Assembly (NCBI GenBank): GCA_030639305.1 | Contig: DAOWCY010000002.1 | Coordinates: 14,974-78,973, forward strand | From: Candidatus Aminicenantes bacterium | GTDB taxonomy: Bacteria; Acidobacteriota; Aminicenantia; UBA2199 | Length of the DNA stretch: 64,000 nucleotides | Direction of reading: 5' to 3' | Shown here: one piece after another, positions 54,407 to 63,837 of the stretch | Numbering within the stretch: position 1 is the first letter of the stretch | How the letters are laid out: each line of letters opens with the position of its first letter | The notes under the pieces: generated by a model | Seen by the model: only the letters and a program-made list of their open reading frames with translations | What the model was told of the DNA's origin: nothing | The model's database searches: none | Position numbers and translations under genes: made by a program

Positions 54407-56026
54407 TCACTTTACTGTCTTTTTACCCCGGTTTAGTCTTCTCGAAGAAAGCTTCTTCCAAATATCACCGGAAATTTTAATTTCAGCTTCAGAAAAACCA
54501 TAACCTTTCTTTAAAATTACATTATTGGTGTAAGCCAATATTTCATGGATGCTGTATTTTTTTCTCATCATTTTATCTATTTCATCGGCCAATAAAGCAT
54601 TTTGCTCCTTGTAAGGCAATCGTATTTTTTCAACTTCCCCGGGCATTATTTCTAATACGCCGCCACCGTAGCTCCTGCCCGAAATCTCGGCATAGGCGAA
54701 AGAGAGCGAATTGTAAAAACTAGCTGCCAATGCATCGTGTTTCACACTGCTTTTTAACCTTAACCGGTGCATGGTATCAGTGGAATATGCACCCGCTTCA
54801 TTGATAATTAATTTAGGATAATGGTTGTTTCTCCTTAAAAAAAATGCATCCGGCACCCATAAAGACGGCACTATTTGCCATTCGTCCCTGATTCGACATT
54901 TATAACCCTTATGAATGTCGTCCCGTTCCCCAAGCTGCAAGTATTCCAGGGCTTTTTTGTTCTTTTTTAATTCGGCCATTCCCGGGAAAACGAGTAAATA
55001 TGCCCTGGCTCCTGAAATCACATTCCGCTGCCAATCTTCTTTTTTAAATCTCAGGCTGTTGACCTGGACGCTCCTGCCAACTAACGTTCCGGTATAAGCT
55101 TCTAATTCAAACTCTTCAACCGTGTCTGCCGGGACGGTAAAAAATGCGTTCGCTCCGGTTGTAATCCCGACTTCGACATTTGCATAATCCCCGATTAAGG
55201 GAATAGAATTCTCTTTTGATATTTCTTCTAAGAAATCGATTTCCTTTTGCTCCAGGAAATAAAACGTCCACTTGTTCGACCTAAAATCGATTTTTTTAGA
55301 CGGGCTTTTAAGGCGGTTAACTTCGAGTTGTTTCAAACTTTTTATGTCGTCTAATTCTATATGCTCTATCAAATGAGTATTTGAGAGGTTCTTTTCACAT
55401 AAGAGCAAGACAACTTCTTGTTGAATTTCGGGAAAAACCAGTTGTTTAAAAGAAATGATATTTATTTTATTAAAAAAACTTGCTATGAATTCCCGAAGCG
55501 GCCTGGCATAAGAGACTTGCAAAATTTCCGCCGGTAAAACAAAACCGATCTTACCGCTTTCTTTTAACAGGATAGCTGAACCGACAACAAAAGAAACCCA
55601 GGCATTAGTTAACTTTGAATACTTTAGTTTTACCCTTCTAAATATTTTCCCTGCTTCCTCCTGCTGATCGCGGTCGAAATATTGATAACGAATATAAGGT
55701 GGGTTGCCTACAATCAAATCGAATTTTTTGGGGGAAGAATTACAAAAGGTATGAAAATCCATATTTAAAACGGCGGTGTTTTTTAGAGGTATCTGTTTTA
55801 TTTTTTCCGCTTCGACTTCGTCGATTTCTACGGCGGTTATAGAACTATACATATGATTGTTTTCTTTTATTCGTTCTAAGAATACGCCGTCCCCGGCGCT
55901 GGGTTCCAGTATCTCACAACCGCCGCCGCCATTTATTGCCCATTGCAAGATAAAATCAGCGATCTCTCGCGGGGTGTAAAAACCACCTCGCAGTTTCCGG
56001 TAAGATTGGGTCTCAATTAGTTTCAT
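54407..56026 (-). CDS. N6-adenine DNA methyltransferase, Eco57I-M-like, partner of the Type IIG enzyme
   Basis: Motif I ILEPSAGDGVFL, motif IV LIVGNPPYIRY, C-terminal target-recognition region. 539 aa. Overlaps the upstream gene by 14 nt. Confidence 0.8.
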   Translation of the reverse strand: MKLIETQSYRKLRGGFYTPREIADFILQWAINGGGGCEILEPSAGDGVFLERIKENNHMYSSITAVEIDEVEAEKIKQIPLKNTAVLNMDFHTFCNSSPKKFDLIVGNPPYIRYQYFDRDQQEEAGKIFRRVKLKYSKLTNAWVSFVVGSAILLKESGKIGFVLPAEILQVSYARPLREFIASFFNKINIISFKQLVFPEIQQEVVLLLCEKNLSNTHLIEHIELDDIKSLKQLEVNRLKSPSKKIDFRSNKWTFYFLEQKEIDFLEEISKENSIPLIGDYANVEVGITTGANAFFTVPADTVEEFELEAYTGTLVGRSVQVNSLRFKKEDWQRNVISGARAYLLVFPGMAELKKNKKALEYLQLGERDDIHKGYKCRIRDEWQIVPSLWVPDAFFLRRNNHYPKLIINEAGAYSTDTMHRLRLKSSVKHDALAASFYNSLSFAYAEISGRSYGGGVLEIMPGEVEKIRLPYKEQNALLADEIDKMMRKKYSIHEILAYTNNVILKKGYGFSEAEIKISGDIWKKLSSRRLNRGKKTVK

Positions 56027-59000
56027 AAATCTCTTCTATTAATGGGATCAGTTTATCATCGTCTCCCAAATCGAATAATTCTTCTAATTTTTGATCGAGA
56101 GTGCGCTTTAGTTCCGCAAATTGCCGCTCAAGTTTTATTAAAACTCTCTTGTTCTCTCTGCTGCCGTCGATTTCAGATTGCTTTTTTATCATTTTTTCCT
56201 GGAGCCCCGTTATTTTATCATGCAGTTTCTTCTCCTGCGGATTGGAAAAATTTATTTTTCTTATGGGCAGCCTGTTTAGAACTTTCGTTCCCCTGGCAAT
56301 ATACCCGCTTCGAAAAACTTCCCCGATAAGAGAAGAATACCACTCCAGGTATTTTGAGTTTAACAGGGCCTGGATATAAAATAAGGAATATTTAATGCCG
56401 GGAGGCAGCGTGATCCCGCAGTAACCGGCAGTGCCGCCGGATGAGATAAAAGTACGCTGAAAATCCACCGCATATTTATTCCCCAACGAATTCACTCCGA
56501 TAACGATCTTTTCCGTCCAATCCCAGCGGTCGAGGTTCTGGCTTCTCCCGAATTTATACCAATCACCTGTTTTTATCGGGGGGCTGACGTCTCTTTTCAA
56601 AAGCCGGGTTTTAAAATGAGTAAAATATTTGTATGTTTCTTTATATCTATGCTTAAGTTCGCTTTCGGGTATTACTTCCACGCTTGCCCCCGTTTTTTTG
56701 TATGGAAATATAACCAGGGAGTTCGGTTCCAGCAGCCGGTATGTGTTTAAGCGGTTTTCGTTCTTCCCGGACGGTGTTCTATAATAGGGGCGGGTTATCT
56801 CTTTTTCTACTTTCCAGGACAACCCTCCGTTTTCAAAATAGATATAGTCCCCGTCCATCCTTTGTGGAGTAATGATATATATCGAATTCATACTGGTTTG
56901 GATCCCATTGAATACATTGCTTTTCCCCAGGAGTTCAATTAGGGGAATGCTAAGGTTATCGATTCTATCATATGCCTTTTTTAAATAAGGCGGAACGAAT
57001 AGCCAGGCTTCATCATCGAGCTTTGAAATCGGGTATGTTTCAAAACTGTTACTTTTAAAGCCGCCGACCTTCCATTCAGATAGTTTTCTTACCTCGTAAA
57101 AATCACAGGCATTATTTTGAGTTTTAGTTAATATTAATAAACATGTATATGTGGTTCTACTCTTAAACAGTTGCCTGGCTCCAAATGAAATTATCCTTTT
57201 CAGACTGCCGGTACTCGACAGCAAATGTCTCAATTTTTTCCCGGCGCCGACTTTATAAAATTTATTAGGGACGATAAAGCCCAGATAGCCATTTTGGGTA
57301 AGTAGAGAAAGCCCTTTTTCTATAAACAGGAAATATTTATCGAATTGTTTGTGTGCGGATTTATACAATTTTTTATATAGATGAGGGTGTTCTAAGGGAG
57401 TAATCCTTTTCATGTCGTCAGATTTCATATATGGTGGGTTGCCGACAATTACATCATACTTGTTATTTTTAAAATCGAAAGGATTAATGTCCTTTTTGTC
57501 TTTTTCATCAAGTTCAGCTATATCGGCAGGGCAAATCAATGAATTTCCATATTCGATGTTATTCGATAAATTCGACAAAACCGGGAGTTGTTTTCCTATG
57601 GTGACATTATCTTCATTCTCGAGAAGTTTGAGGAGCAGTCCGAACCGGGATGCTTCTACTGCGTTGTAATCTTTATCTACACCATAAATGCAATTCGATA
57701 GGATTTCCCTTTTTAGATTGAAAGGAAGTTTAAAGGTATCGATGTTTGTTCGGATTAACGTTGAACTGTCCGTATTTAAATAGTAATCGATTAATAAGTC
57801 ATTTAACAATTGAAAACTTTCCAATAAAAACGCCCCTGAACCGCAGGCAATATCACAAACTTTTATTTTTAATATCTCCCTACCTGTTTTTCCTGCGCAG
57901 AATGAAGTAATCGACTGTCTTAAAATTTCGTGGATAATATATGTAGGCGTTGTTATGATAGCTTTGTCGATATTTTCCGGTTTTTTCTCGAGAAAAACAA
58001 AATCACCTTTGACAACCAATTTTTCAGAAAGATAAATTTCATAGATATTTCCCAGGATATCGGAAGAAAAAACTGAGAAAGAATAATAACTCTCCGGGTA
58101 ATAGAGTTCTCCTATGATTTCCCAAAATGCCGATCCTAAATTGCCGACCACCTTATTCGATAAAGGAAGGTTAAATAAGCCGGCATTATATTTTTTGTCC
58201 GCTTCTTTGAATTTTTCAATTAACGATTCAAAACCTCTATCCTTTGCAAACTTCAATAATGTTTCCTTTTCTTCTAAATTTCTGTCCTCGCAAACTCTTA
58301 AGAAAATAATACTGTTTAAATAATCCTGGACATAGTCATTTAAAAGTGCTTCCGATATAACAGGCAAATGTTTTAAAATTTCCCTGCCTAACAATAATCG
58401 CCATTCATTGAAATCATTCAAGAATAAGTCGTCTATACTGAAAAGTTTTATTTTATCCTCTATGCCTTGCCATACCCGGTCAAAATTACCGCTGTAAACC
58501 GACTCTCTGCCCATATATTGCTGCAATTCTGCAAATCTTTCTTCATATTCCGTATAGTGAAACACATTTATCCGTGCTTTACGGTAATTATCATCATCTT
58601 CTAAAGGTATCGAACAATCATAGATAATTAAATATTCAAAATTTGAGAGGAGCGAAACCTTTAATTTCCCGGTAAATCCATATCTTCTTATTTGTTTGGC
58701 GGCATCATCGCTCTTCTCGATTAAAATGGCCGGTTTTTTCGCTTCCAGGAAAAACTTTCTTTCGGAAAACAAACGAAACGTGTAGTCGGGTTTTTTTGTG
58801 TGCTCCGAAATGTTGACTTTTAGAGGTTCCTCAAGGATTACTTCCCTCTCATAAGTCGGCATCCTATTCCTATTTTTGATGTCCCACCCTAAAAGCTCAA
58901 ATAGAGGATCAAGGAAATCGTTCCTGAGCTGCATCTCGTTATAATTTGTAGAACGGTAGTGCCCCCGTTCTTTTTCATATTTATCCACGAGATATTTAAT

Positions 59001-59027
59001 GTTCATAACAGCCACTTGAAAACTCAA
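56013..59027 (-). CDS. Type IIG/IIL restriction-modification fusion enzyme (N-terminal PD-ExK nuclease, gamma-class N6A methyltransferase, TRD), Eco57I/MmeI-like
   Basis: N-terminal nuclease motif KPDYTF...FLEAKKP (PD-(D/E)xK). MTase motif I VCDIACGSGAFLLESF and motif IV VIVGNPPYMKSDD. A C-terminal specificity domain of about 400 aa. 1004 aa. Confidence 0.8.
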   Translation of the reverse strand: MSFQVAVMNIKYLVDKYEKERGHYRSTNYNEMQLRNDFLDPLFELLGWDIKNRNRMPTYEREVILEEPLKVNISEHTKKPDYTFRLFSERKFFLEAKKPAILIEKSDDAAKQIRRYGFTGKLKVSLLSNFEYLIIYDCSIPLEDDDNYRKARINVFHYTEYEERFAELQQYMGRESVYSGNFDRVWQGIEDKIKLFSIDDLFLNDFNEWRLLLGREILKHLPVISEALLNDYVQDYLNSIIFLRVCEDRNLEEKETLLKFAKDRGFESLIEKFKEADKKYNAGLFNLPLSNKVVGNLGSAFWEIIGELYYPESYYSFSVFSSDILGNIYEIYLSEKLVVKGDFVFLEKKPENIDKAIITTPTYIIHEILRQSITSFCAGKTGREILKIKVCDIACGSGAFLLESFQLLNDLLIDYYLNTDSSTLIRTNIDTFKLPFNLKREILSNCIYGVDKDYNAVEASRFGLLLKLLENEDNVTIGKQLPVLSNLSNNIEYGNSLICPADIAELDEKDKKDINPFDFKNNKYDVIVGNPPYMKSDDMKRITPLEHPHLYKKLYKSAHKQFDKYFLFIEKGLSLLTQNGYLGFIVPNKFYKVGAGKKLRHLLSSTGSLKRIISFGARQLFKSRTTYTCLLILTKTQNNACDFYEVRKLSEWKVGGFKSNSFETYPISKLDDEAWLFVPPYLKKAYDRIDNLSIPLIELLGKSNVFNGIQTSMNSIYIITPQRMDGDYIYFENGGLSWKVEKEITRPYYRTPSGKNENRLNTYRLLEPNSLVIFPYKKTGASVEVIPESELKHRYKETYKYFTHFKTRLLKRDVSPPIKTGDWYKFGRSQNLDRWDWTEKIVIGVNSLGNKYAVDFQRTFISSGGTAGYCGITLPPGIKYSLFYIQALLNSKYLEWYSSLIGEVFRSGYIARGTKVLNRLPIRKINFSNPQEKKLHDKITGLQEKMIKKQSEIDGSRENKRVLIKLERQFAELKRTLDQKLEELFDLGDDDKLIPLIEEIYETN

Positions 59028-59164
59028 ATTTTGTCATACTATTATATACCATTCTTACCGTTTTTAGTCAAAAACAAATTCAACCGTTAACCCCGGTTAA
59101 ATTATAATACTCCCGGTAAGACAAATAACGGCATACCCCGGTAACTTTTTATTTTTTTGGATTT

Positions 59165-59340
59165 TTAGGGGACAGGCTGGAATGCCACTACCATGGAATT
59201 ACTTTTTGCCTCCGGCGGGGGTGCGGCGCACCCACCCTCTTAGCCTCCGGCGGCCCTGCCGGGTGACGCCCCCATTGAGTTTTTCGTCGGGGGCCAGCGG
59301 CATACCGCCCCTCCGAAAAAGTTTGAACAAACCTTTTTTT
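59165..59340. repeat. Composite repeat: family-B2 unit (GGGGACAGGCTGGAATGCCACT) plus module E plus a family-A variant
   Basis: GGTGCGGCGCACCCACCCTCTTAGCCTCCGGCGGCCCTGCCGGGTGACGCCCCCATTGA is near-identical to part of 61487-61628. Confidence 0.85.
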
Positions 59341-59423
59341 ATTGTCGAAACGAAAATCTTCAAATTGGAGTTGAATTTTACCGGAAAGTATGCTATTTCA
59401 ATAGTGGTGAAAGAGGTTAAATA

Positions 59424-59621
59424 ATGAGTGAAATAATCGATCCAATTATCGTGGAAGTGCGAAAAGCGCGGGAAGCCTATGCGAAAAAATTTAAATATGA
59501 CGTTAAAGCGATGTGTCTCGATCTGAAAAAAAGGCAAGCCCAAAATCCGGGAAGAATCACTTCGCTTCCCCCAAAAAGAATAAAAACTACGGGACCTGCC
59601 ACTCCTACTTTAGCAAAATAA
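59424..59621 (+). CDS. Hypothetical small protein
   Basis: 65-aa ORF with a strong RBS (AAGAGGTTAAATA-ATG). Charged and helical. No motif recognised. Confidence 0.35.
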   Translation: MSEIIDPIIVEVRKAREAYAKKFKYDVKAMCLDLKKRQAQNPGRITSLPPKRIKTTGPATPTLAK

Positions 59622-59629
59622 CAAACCTT

Positions 59630-59792
59630 TGGGACTTTTAGGGGGACTTTTAGGGGACAGGCTGGAGAACCTTCCCCAAAAGAGGCTTGCGTTTATTGAC
59701 TCTCCGGCCCGGGTCTCTCATAGGTTGGGGCGCCGCCCCCTTTTTGGTTCCGGCTTGACCGGGTTGTGGACAGGCTGGAATGCCACTATCCT
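59630..59792. repeat. Repeat cluster: two family-B2 units plus a family-D fragment (GGGTCTCTCATAGGTTGGGGCGCCGCCCCC)
   Basis: TAGGGGACAGGCTGGA at about 59662 and GGACAGGCTGGAATGCCACT at about 59770. The D fragment matches 25790-25830. Confidence 0.75.
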
Positions 59793-59842
59793 TTTTGTTT
59801 GAAAAATTTTATCTTTCTATAGCCCGGAAGCCGGCAAAGGGG

Positions 59843-59871
59843 TTGACAAAGCCTTTTTTTTATATTATTAA
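59843..59871 (+). promoter_or_regulatory. Sigma70-like promoter for the MNT gene (near-leaderless)
   Basis: TTGACA (59843-59848), 17 nt, then TATTAA (59866-59871). ATG at 59881. Confidence 0.35.
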
Positions 59872-59880
59872 TTAAGTACG

Positions 59881-60198
59881 ATGAACGATAAAGAAATGTT
59901 GAAAGAGCTGCGCAAGCTGCTGACAGACACTTTCCCGGGGCAAATCGAAAAAATAATCCTATTCGGCTCCAGGGCTTATGGAAAGGCGGCAAACGACTCC
60001 GATTATGATGTGCTGATCGTTCTAAAATCAGGTTATAATTGGCGTTTAAAACAATCCATCCAGGAAACCTGCTGGGAAATCGATTATAAATACGATATAT
60101 TGACAGACGTTAAAATAATCTCCGCGGCTGAATTACAAACCATCCGGGGCAAACAGCCCTATATCACGACGGCACTGCAAGATGGGATTGCCCTATGA
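59881..60198 (+). CDS. Nucleotidyltransferase (MNT-type antitoxin-like), second copy
   Basis: ILFGSRAYGKAANDSDYDVLIVL is the GSx(n)DxD nucleotidyltransferase motif. 105 aa. Confidence 0.75.
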   Translation: MNDKEMLKELRKLLTDTFPGQIEKIILFGSRAYGKAANDSDYDVLIVLKSGYNWRLKQSIQETCWEIDYKYDILTDVKIISAAELQTIRGKQPYITTALQDGIAL

Positions 60199-60257
60199 CG
60201 TTAAACCCGGCAGAACGCAAGCAACTGATACGTTATAATATCGAGAAATTAATATAA
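60195..60257 (+). pseudogene. Possible remnant of the cognate HepT-like gene (20 codons, truncated)
   Basis: A short ORF MTLNPAERKQLIRYNIEKLI overlaps the MNT stop by 4 nt (ATGA), as expected for a coupled HepT. It terminates after 20 codons just before a repeat cluster. Confidence 0.2.
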
Positions 60258-60327
60258 TAAGCTTTGATCAACGACAAATAAAACGTAAGTGAATCACCAG
60301 GAATTTCCAAATCTTTCTACCGGTGGG

Positions 60328-60643
60328 CTTTTAGGGGACAGGCTGGAATGCCACTAGGCCGCGAAACGGGCAAAATCCAAATTACAAATCACAAACGCCA
60401 AATCTCAAACAATGGCCTGCTGAGGCTAAAATTATACACCAAAAAAAGAAGAAAGGCAAAAACGATCTTGCCTCCGGCGGCCCTGCCGGGGGCCAAACTT
60501 TTGAAAAAGTTTGATCAAAACTTTTGTTTATTTAAAATCAAAGGCGCTCACCCGCTGTCTCTTGCGGCGAAGCCGCTTATCGCCTCCCCGTGCGCACGGG
60601 GTTTAGAATCAAAAGCGCTCACCCGCTGCCCGTGCGCACGGGG
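60328..60643. repeat. Composite repeat: family-B2 unit, short family-A element and two CGCTCACCCGCTG..CGTGCGCACGGGG hairpin modules
   Basis: GCCTCCGGCGGCCCTGCCGGGGGCCAAACTTTTGAAAAAGTTTGATCAAAACTTTTG at 60472-60528. The tracked ORF 60348-60725 is an artefact of this region. Confidence 0.85.
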
Positions 60644-61447
60644 CTACCTTACCAAAATAACAAAACTAACCACCGTGAGAAACAACAATGGCGGCAGCAC
60701 CAAAAACGCAAAACGACGAGCATGAATAGCCGGGGACTTTATATCGAATTTTTTGAATACCGTGAAAAAAGCGGCTCCCAAAATCGCCAAAATAGTCAAC
60801 GTACCCACCACGAAAGCAGAACCGGTCACGCTGCCGTCAACCCCGGCCGCGGCCCCGTCACCCGGGAAAAGCACACCCCGGACCGCCAGGGAAAAGAAAA
60901 TCGTGGATAAAAAAGTAACCAAACTAACGACAGCAATCCAATTCTTCTGTTCAAAAAGCCCGATAAAAAAACTGGCCAAAAAGAAAAATAACGCCCAAAT
61001 AGGAAAATACAAAGGATCAAAAAGAAAATACGACGCCCCTTGCAGCAACCGTAATGGACCAAAAAAAATGATCGCCAGGATTTCATATAAAACAACCAAA
61101 AACAACAGCACGGCAAACCGGGAAAAAAACTTATAACCCAGGATCCGGTATTTCGAAAAAGGAAACGCAAACAAATATTCGAACGCCTTGTCCTTGTATT
61201 CATACTTAAATACTCCGAATCCCAACATGTTGGCCGCCCATAAAACCAGTATGCCCAACAAAAAAACAAAACTCAATAGGTAAATGTTCCCGTAAACCCC
61301 TGTAAAAACATGGTAGATTACAACCGCTATCATGTTGAAAGTACGGCCTAAAGGAACGTTAAAAAGCGCCAAAATCGGCACGATGATTGAAACCGACAGT
61401 ATCGCCGCCACCGGCTTTATAATTTCTCTAAATTCTTTTTTCCACAT
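60644..61447 (-). CDS. ABC-2-type/YtrC-like membrane permease (paralog A)
   Basis: 267 aa with 6 TM helices. N-terminus MWKKEFREIIKPVAAIL parallels paralog B (MLKKELKEIILPALLRL), and the two are about 35-40% identical over their length. Confidence 0.55.
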   Translation of the reverse strand: MWKKEFREIIKPVAAILSVSIIVPILALFNVPLGRTFNMIAVVIYHVFTGVYGNIYLLSFVFLLGILVLWAANMLGFGVFKYEYKDKAFEYLFAFPFSKYRILGYKFFSRFAVLLFLVVLYEILAIIFFGPLRLLQGASYFLFDPLYFPIWALFFFLASFFIGLFEQKNWIAVVSLVTFLSTIFFSLAVRGVLFPGDGAAAGVDGSVTGSAFVVGTLTILAILGAAFFTVFKKFDIKSPAIHARRFAFLVLPPLLFLTVVSFVILVR

Positions 61448-61486
61448 ATTTTTTCTCCTGTTTTTAGGCCAAAAGCATAGTTATCC

Positions 61487-61628
61487 TTGCCTCCGGCGGC
61501 CCCACGCGCGTGGGGTGGCGTTAAGCCGCTGCGCGGCAGGTCCCTGCCGGGTGACGCCCCCATTGAACCGTCGTTGGGGGCCGCGGCACACCGCACCTTC
61601 AAAAAAGTTTGAACAAAACTTTTGTTTA
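61487..61628 (+). repeat. Long family-A element variant, inserted between the two permease paralogs
   Basis: GCCTCCGGCGGCCCCACGCGCGTGGGGTGGCGTTAAGCCGCTGCGCGGCAGGTCCCTGCCGGGTGACGCCCCCATTGAACCG...AAAAAAGTTTGAACAAAACTTTTG. It generates the spurious ORFs 61332-61673 and 61417-61602. Confidence 0.9.
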
Positions 61629-61654
61629 TCCAGCATTTTTCGGTTGAAACTGCA

Positions 61655-62407
61655 CTACGCCAAAACCATATAAGTTACACTGACTGCGGTAAGCAGCAGT
61701 AACGGCGGCAGCGCCCGGGAAAGAAACTTCTTACGGTGATAGGTCATCCCTCGTAAATCGAATTTTTTGTACACCAAAGCAAAAGCCGCCCCCAAAATTC
61801 CCGCGGCGATAATAGCTCCGAAAAGAAAACTGACCCCATGCAAATAATGATAGGTTTCAAATTTTATGGAAAAGGATTCAAGCAGGGTTTTAATCCCCAG
61901 GGAAACCAGGATCGTCAACAGCAGGGGCAGCAAACCGATGATTATCCGTAAACTTTTCCAGTCGAACAGGCTGATGGCAAAACTCACCGCCAGGAAATAG
62001 AACACCCAGGCAGGAAAAAAAACCGGGTCGAAAATAGCAAAACCGCCGATTTGGAAAGATTCGGTGTTAAAGACAGGCATGAGATAAATAGAGGCCAACA
62101 CTTCGTAGACTATGGTTAAAACAATCAAAACCATCGCCCTGGGCGCAAATTTATAAAGGAATATGCGCCCTTTGGACAGCGGGAAAGAGAGTAGGTACTC
62201 GAAAGAGTTATCTTTGTATTCGCACTTAAAAGCATTCAGGCCGAAATTATTGGCAATCCAGAATATAATGTAAGGCAGGAAAATCACGAAGTAACCGCCT
62301 TTTAGGGGAGCGCCGGTGCCTGCCCAGAGAATCAGCAGCAGCATCAGCAGGGTGCTTAACCGCAGCAGGGCGGGCAAAATAATTTCCTTTAGTTCTTTTT
62401 TTAGCAT
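61655..62407 (-). CDS. ABC-2-type/YtrC-like membrane permease (paralog B)
   Basis: Start moved to ATG 62407 (MLKKELKEI), preceded by GGAG, 10 nt after the ATPase stop. 6 TM helices. Confidence 0.6.
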   Translation of the reverse strand: MLKKELKEIILPALLRLSTLLMLLLILWAGTGAPLKGGYFVIFLPYIIFWIANNFGLNAFKCEYKDNSFEYLLSFPLSKGRIFLYKFAPRAMVLIVLTIVYEVLASIYLMPVFNTESFQIGGFAIFDPVFFPAWVFYFLAVSFAISLFDWKSLRIIIGLLPLLLTILVSLGIKTLLESFSIKFETYHYLHGVSFLFGAIIAAGILGAAFALVYKKFDLRGMTYHRKKFLSRALPPLLLLTAVSVTYMVLA

Positions 62408-62417
62408 TTTCTTCTCC

Positions 62418-63242
62418 TCAGGAGTATTCACCTTCGATAAAAGCGGTCACGATTTCGGTCAGGTTTAAATCCACCACCTGGCCGTTCACCAGTTCCTTGT
62501 ACTCTTCTAAAAAAGGATAGATAAAAAATTCCGGGGAATCGATAGGGCCGCTGCGGGTAATTACCGGCAGTCCTTCCGGCAAATTCGAGGTGATCACTTT
62601 TTTTACTTTTCCTTTTAGTGAGTCGATCTCTTCGTCCACGGCGATTGTGCCGTCTTTCAGCAGGATGACCCGGTCTATCATATGTTCGATGTCGTGGAAA
62701 TTCAGGTTCATCATAATTATTGTCAGGCTGCGTTCCGAGAGCAGTTTTATCAACTGTTCTAAGAACACTTTGCGCAGGTAAGCGTCGATGGAGTGGATGA
62801 TCTCGTCGATCAACAAGATTTCCGGTTTAGCCGAGAGGATCAAACTCAAGTGCAGGATCGTGCGCTGCCCGAGAGAAAGTTCTTTGATTTTTTGGGTATA
62901 TTTGATTTTGGTATGTTTGATTAGCGAATCGTCGAATTCCTTCACTTCGTAAACCGATTTGTGCAGGTCGATGCCCTGGGCCACGGTCAAGCTTTCGTAC
63001 ATGCTCAGTTTATCGGAAATGAAACCGATTTTCCGTTTCGGGTTCGGCCCGAGTTTTTCATCGAAAAGAATGCTGCCGCCGTCGGGTGCCAGCACCCCGG
63101 CGATTAAGCGCAGCAGCGTGCTTTTCCCTACCCCGTTGATGCCCGTCATCAGGCAGGATTGTCCTTCAGGCACAAACAGGTTGAAATCCTCATACACCTT
63201 AAATTTGTCGTAACTGAAAGATAAATTCTTAATGTTTATCAT
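62418..63242 (-). CDS. ABC transporter ATP-binding protein
   Basis: Walker A GINGVGKSTLLRLIAG. Signature-like ELSLGQRT. Walker B ILLIDEIIHSID. 274 aa. Confidence 0.85.
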   Translation of the reverse strand: MINIKNLSFSYDKFKVYEDFNLFVPEGQSCLMTGINGVGKSTLLRLIAGVLAPDGGSILFDEKLGPNPKRKIGFISDKLSMYESLTVAQGIDLHKSVYEVKEFDDSLIKHTKIKYTQKIKELSLGQRTILHLSLILSAKPEILLIDEIIHSIDAYLRKVFLEQLIKLLSERSLTIIMMNLNFHDIEHMIDRVILLKDGTIAVDEEIDSLKGKVKKVITSNLPEGLPVITRSGPIDSPEFFIYPFLEEYKELVNGQVVDLNLTEIVTAFIEGEYS

Positions 63243-63260
63243 TTTTTTCTCCTATTGCCG

Positions 63261-63683
63261 TTATTTTTCTCTTTTTTTTGTTTTTCCGGCCATATTTTCG
63301 CTGTCCATGCTTTGAAGCTCGGCTATCATATCTGCCAGGGAGTAGCCTAAATCCATGGCTTTGGACACATAGTCCCGGGTTACTTTTTTAAACAGTTCTT
63401 GTTTCTCTTTCTGGATTTTGCGATGATCCACTTTGACGAAGTAGCCGGTGCCCGGTTTGGAAAAGATGAAACCTTCCACCTCCAACTGGTAGTATACTTT
63501 AGCGATAGTATTGGGATGGATTTTCAACCGGGCAGCCAGTTCGCGGATAGACATCACCTGGTCGCCTTGTTCTAAGTAGCCGGAAATAACAGCCAGTTTC
63601 ACGCCTTGTTTGACCTGTTCGTAGACAGGCACCGCGGATTTGGCCTCAACCGTAAAATGTAAAATTTTTATTTCTTTTTTCAT
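63261..63683 (-). CDS. GntR-family transcriptional regulator (short YtrA-like)
   Basis: wHTH segment MSIRELAARLKIHPNTIAKVYYQLEVEGFIFSKPGTGYFV. 140 aa. First gene of the regulator-ATPase-permease operon. Confidence 0.85.
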   Translation of the reverse strand: MKKEIKILHFTVEAKSAVPVYEQVKQGVKLAVISGYLEQGDQVMSIRELAARLKIHPNTIAKVYYQLEVEGFIFSKPGTGYFVKVDHRKIQKEKQELFKKVTRDYVSKAMDLGYSLADMIAELQSMDSENMAGKTKKREK

Positions 63684-63699
63684 TACTCTTTGTTTTTTA

Positions 63700-63760
63700 T
63701 ACCCTGCCCACGCCGTGGGCCCGCGCAGCGGCTCATAGGGTGCACGCGCCGCGTGCTTTC
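63700..63760. repeat. Repeat fragment (CCCACGCCGTGGG hairpin plus GCGCAGCGGCTCATAGGGTGCACGCGCCGCGTGC)
   Basis: Shares the GCGGCTCATAG module with 54335-54350. Confidence 0.55.
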
Positions 63761-63837
63761 TTTTTCATTTTACCGTAACACTATTATGTTACAGTGTTAC
63801 GGTTTTGTCAACTAAAAAAAATTTTTTTTTTGTTTTC

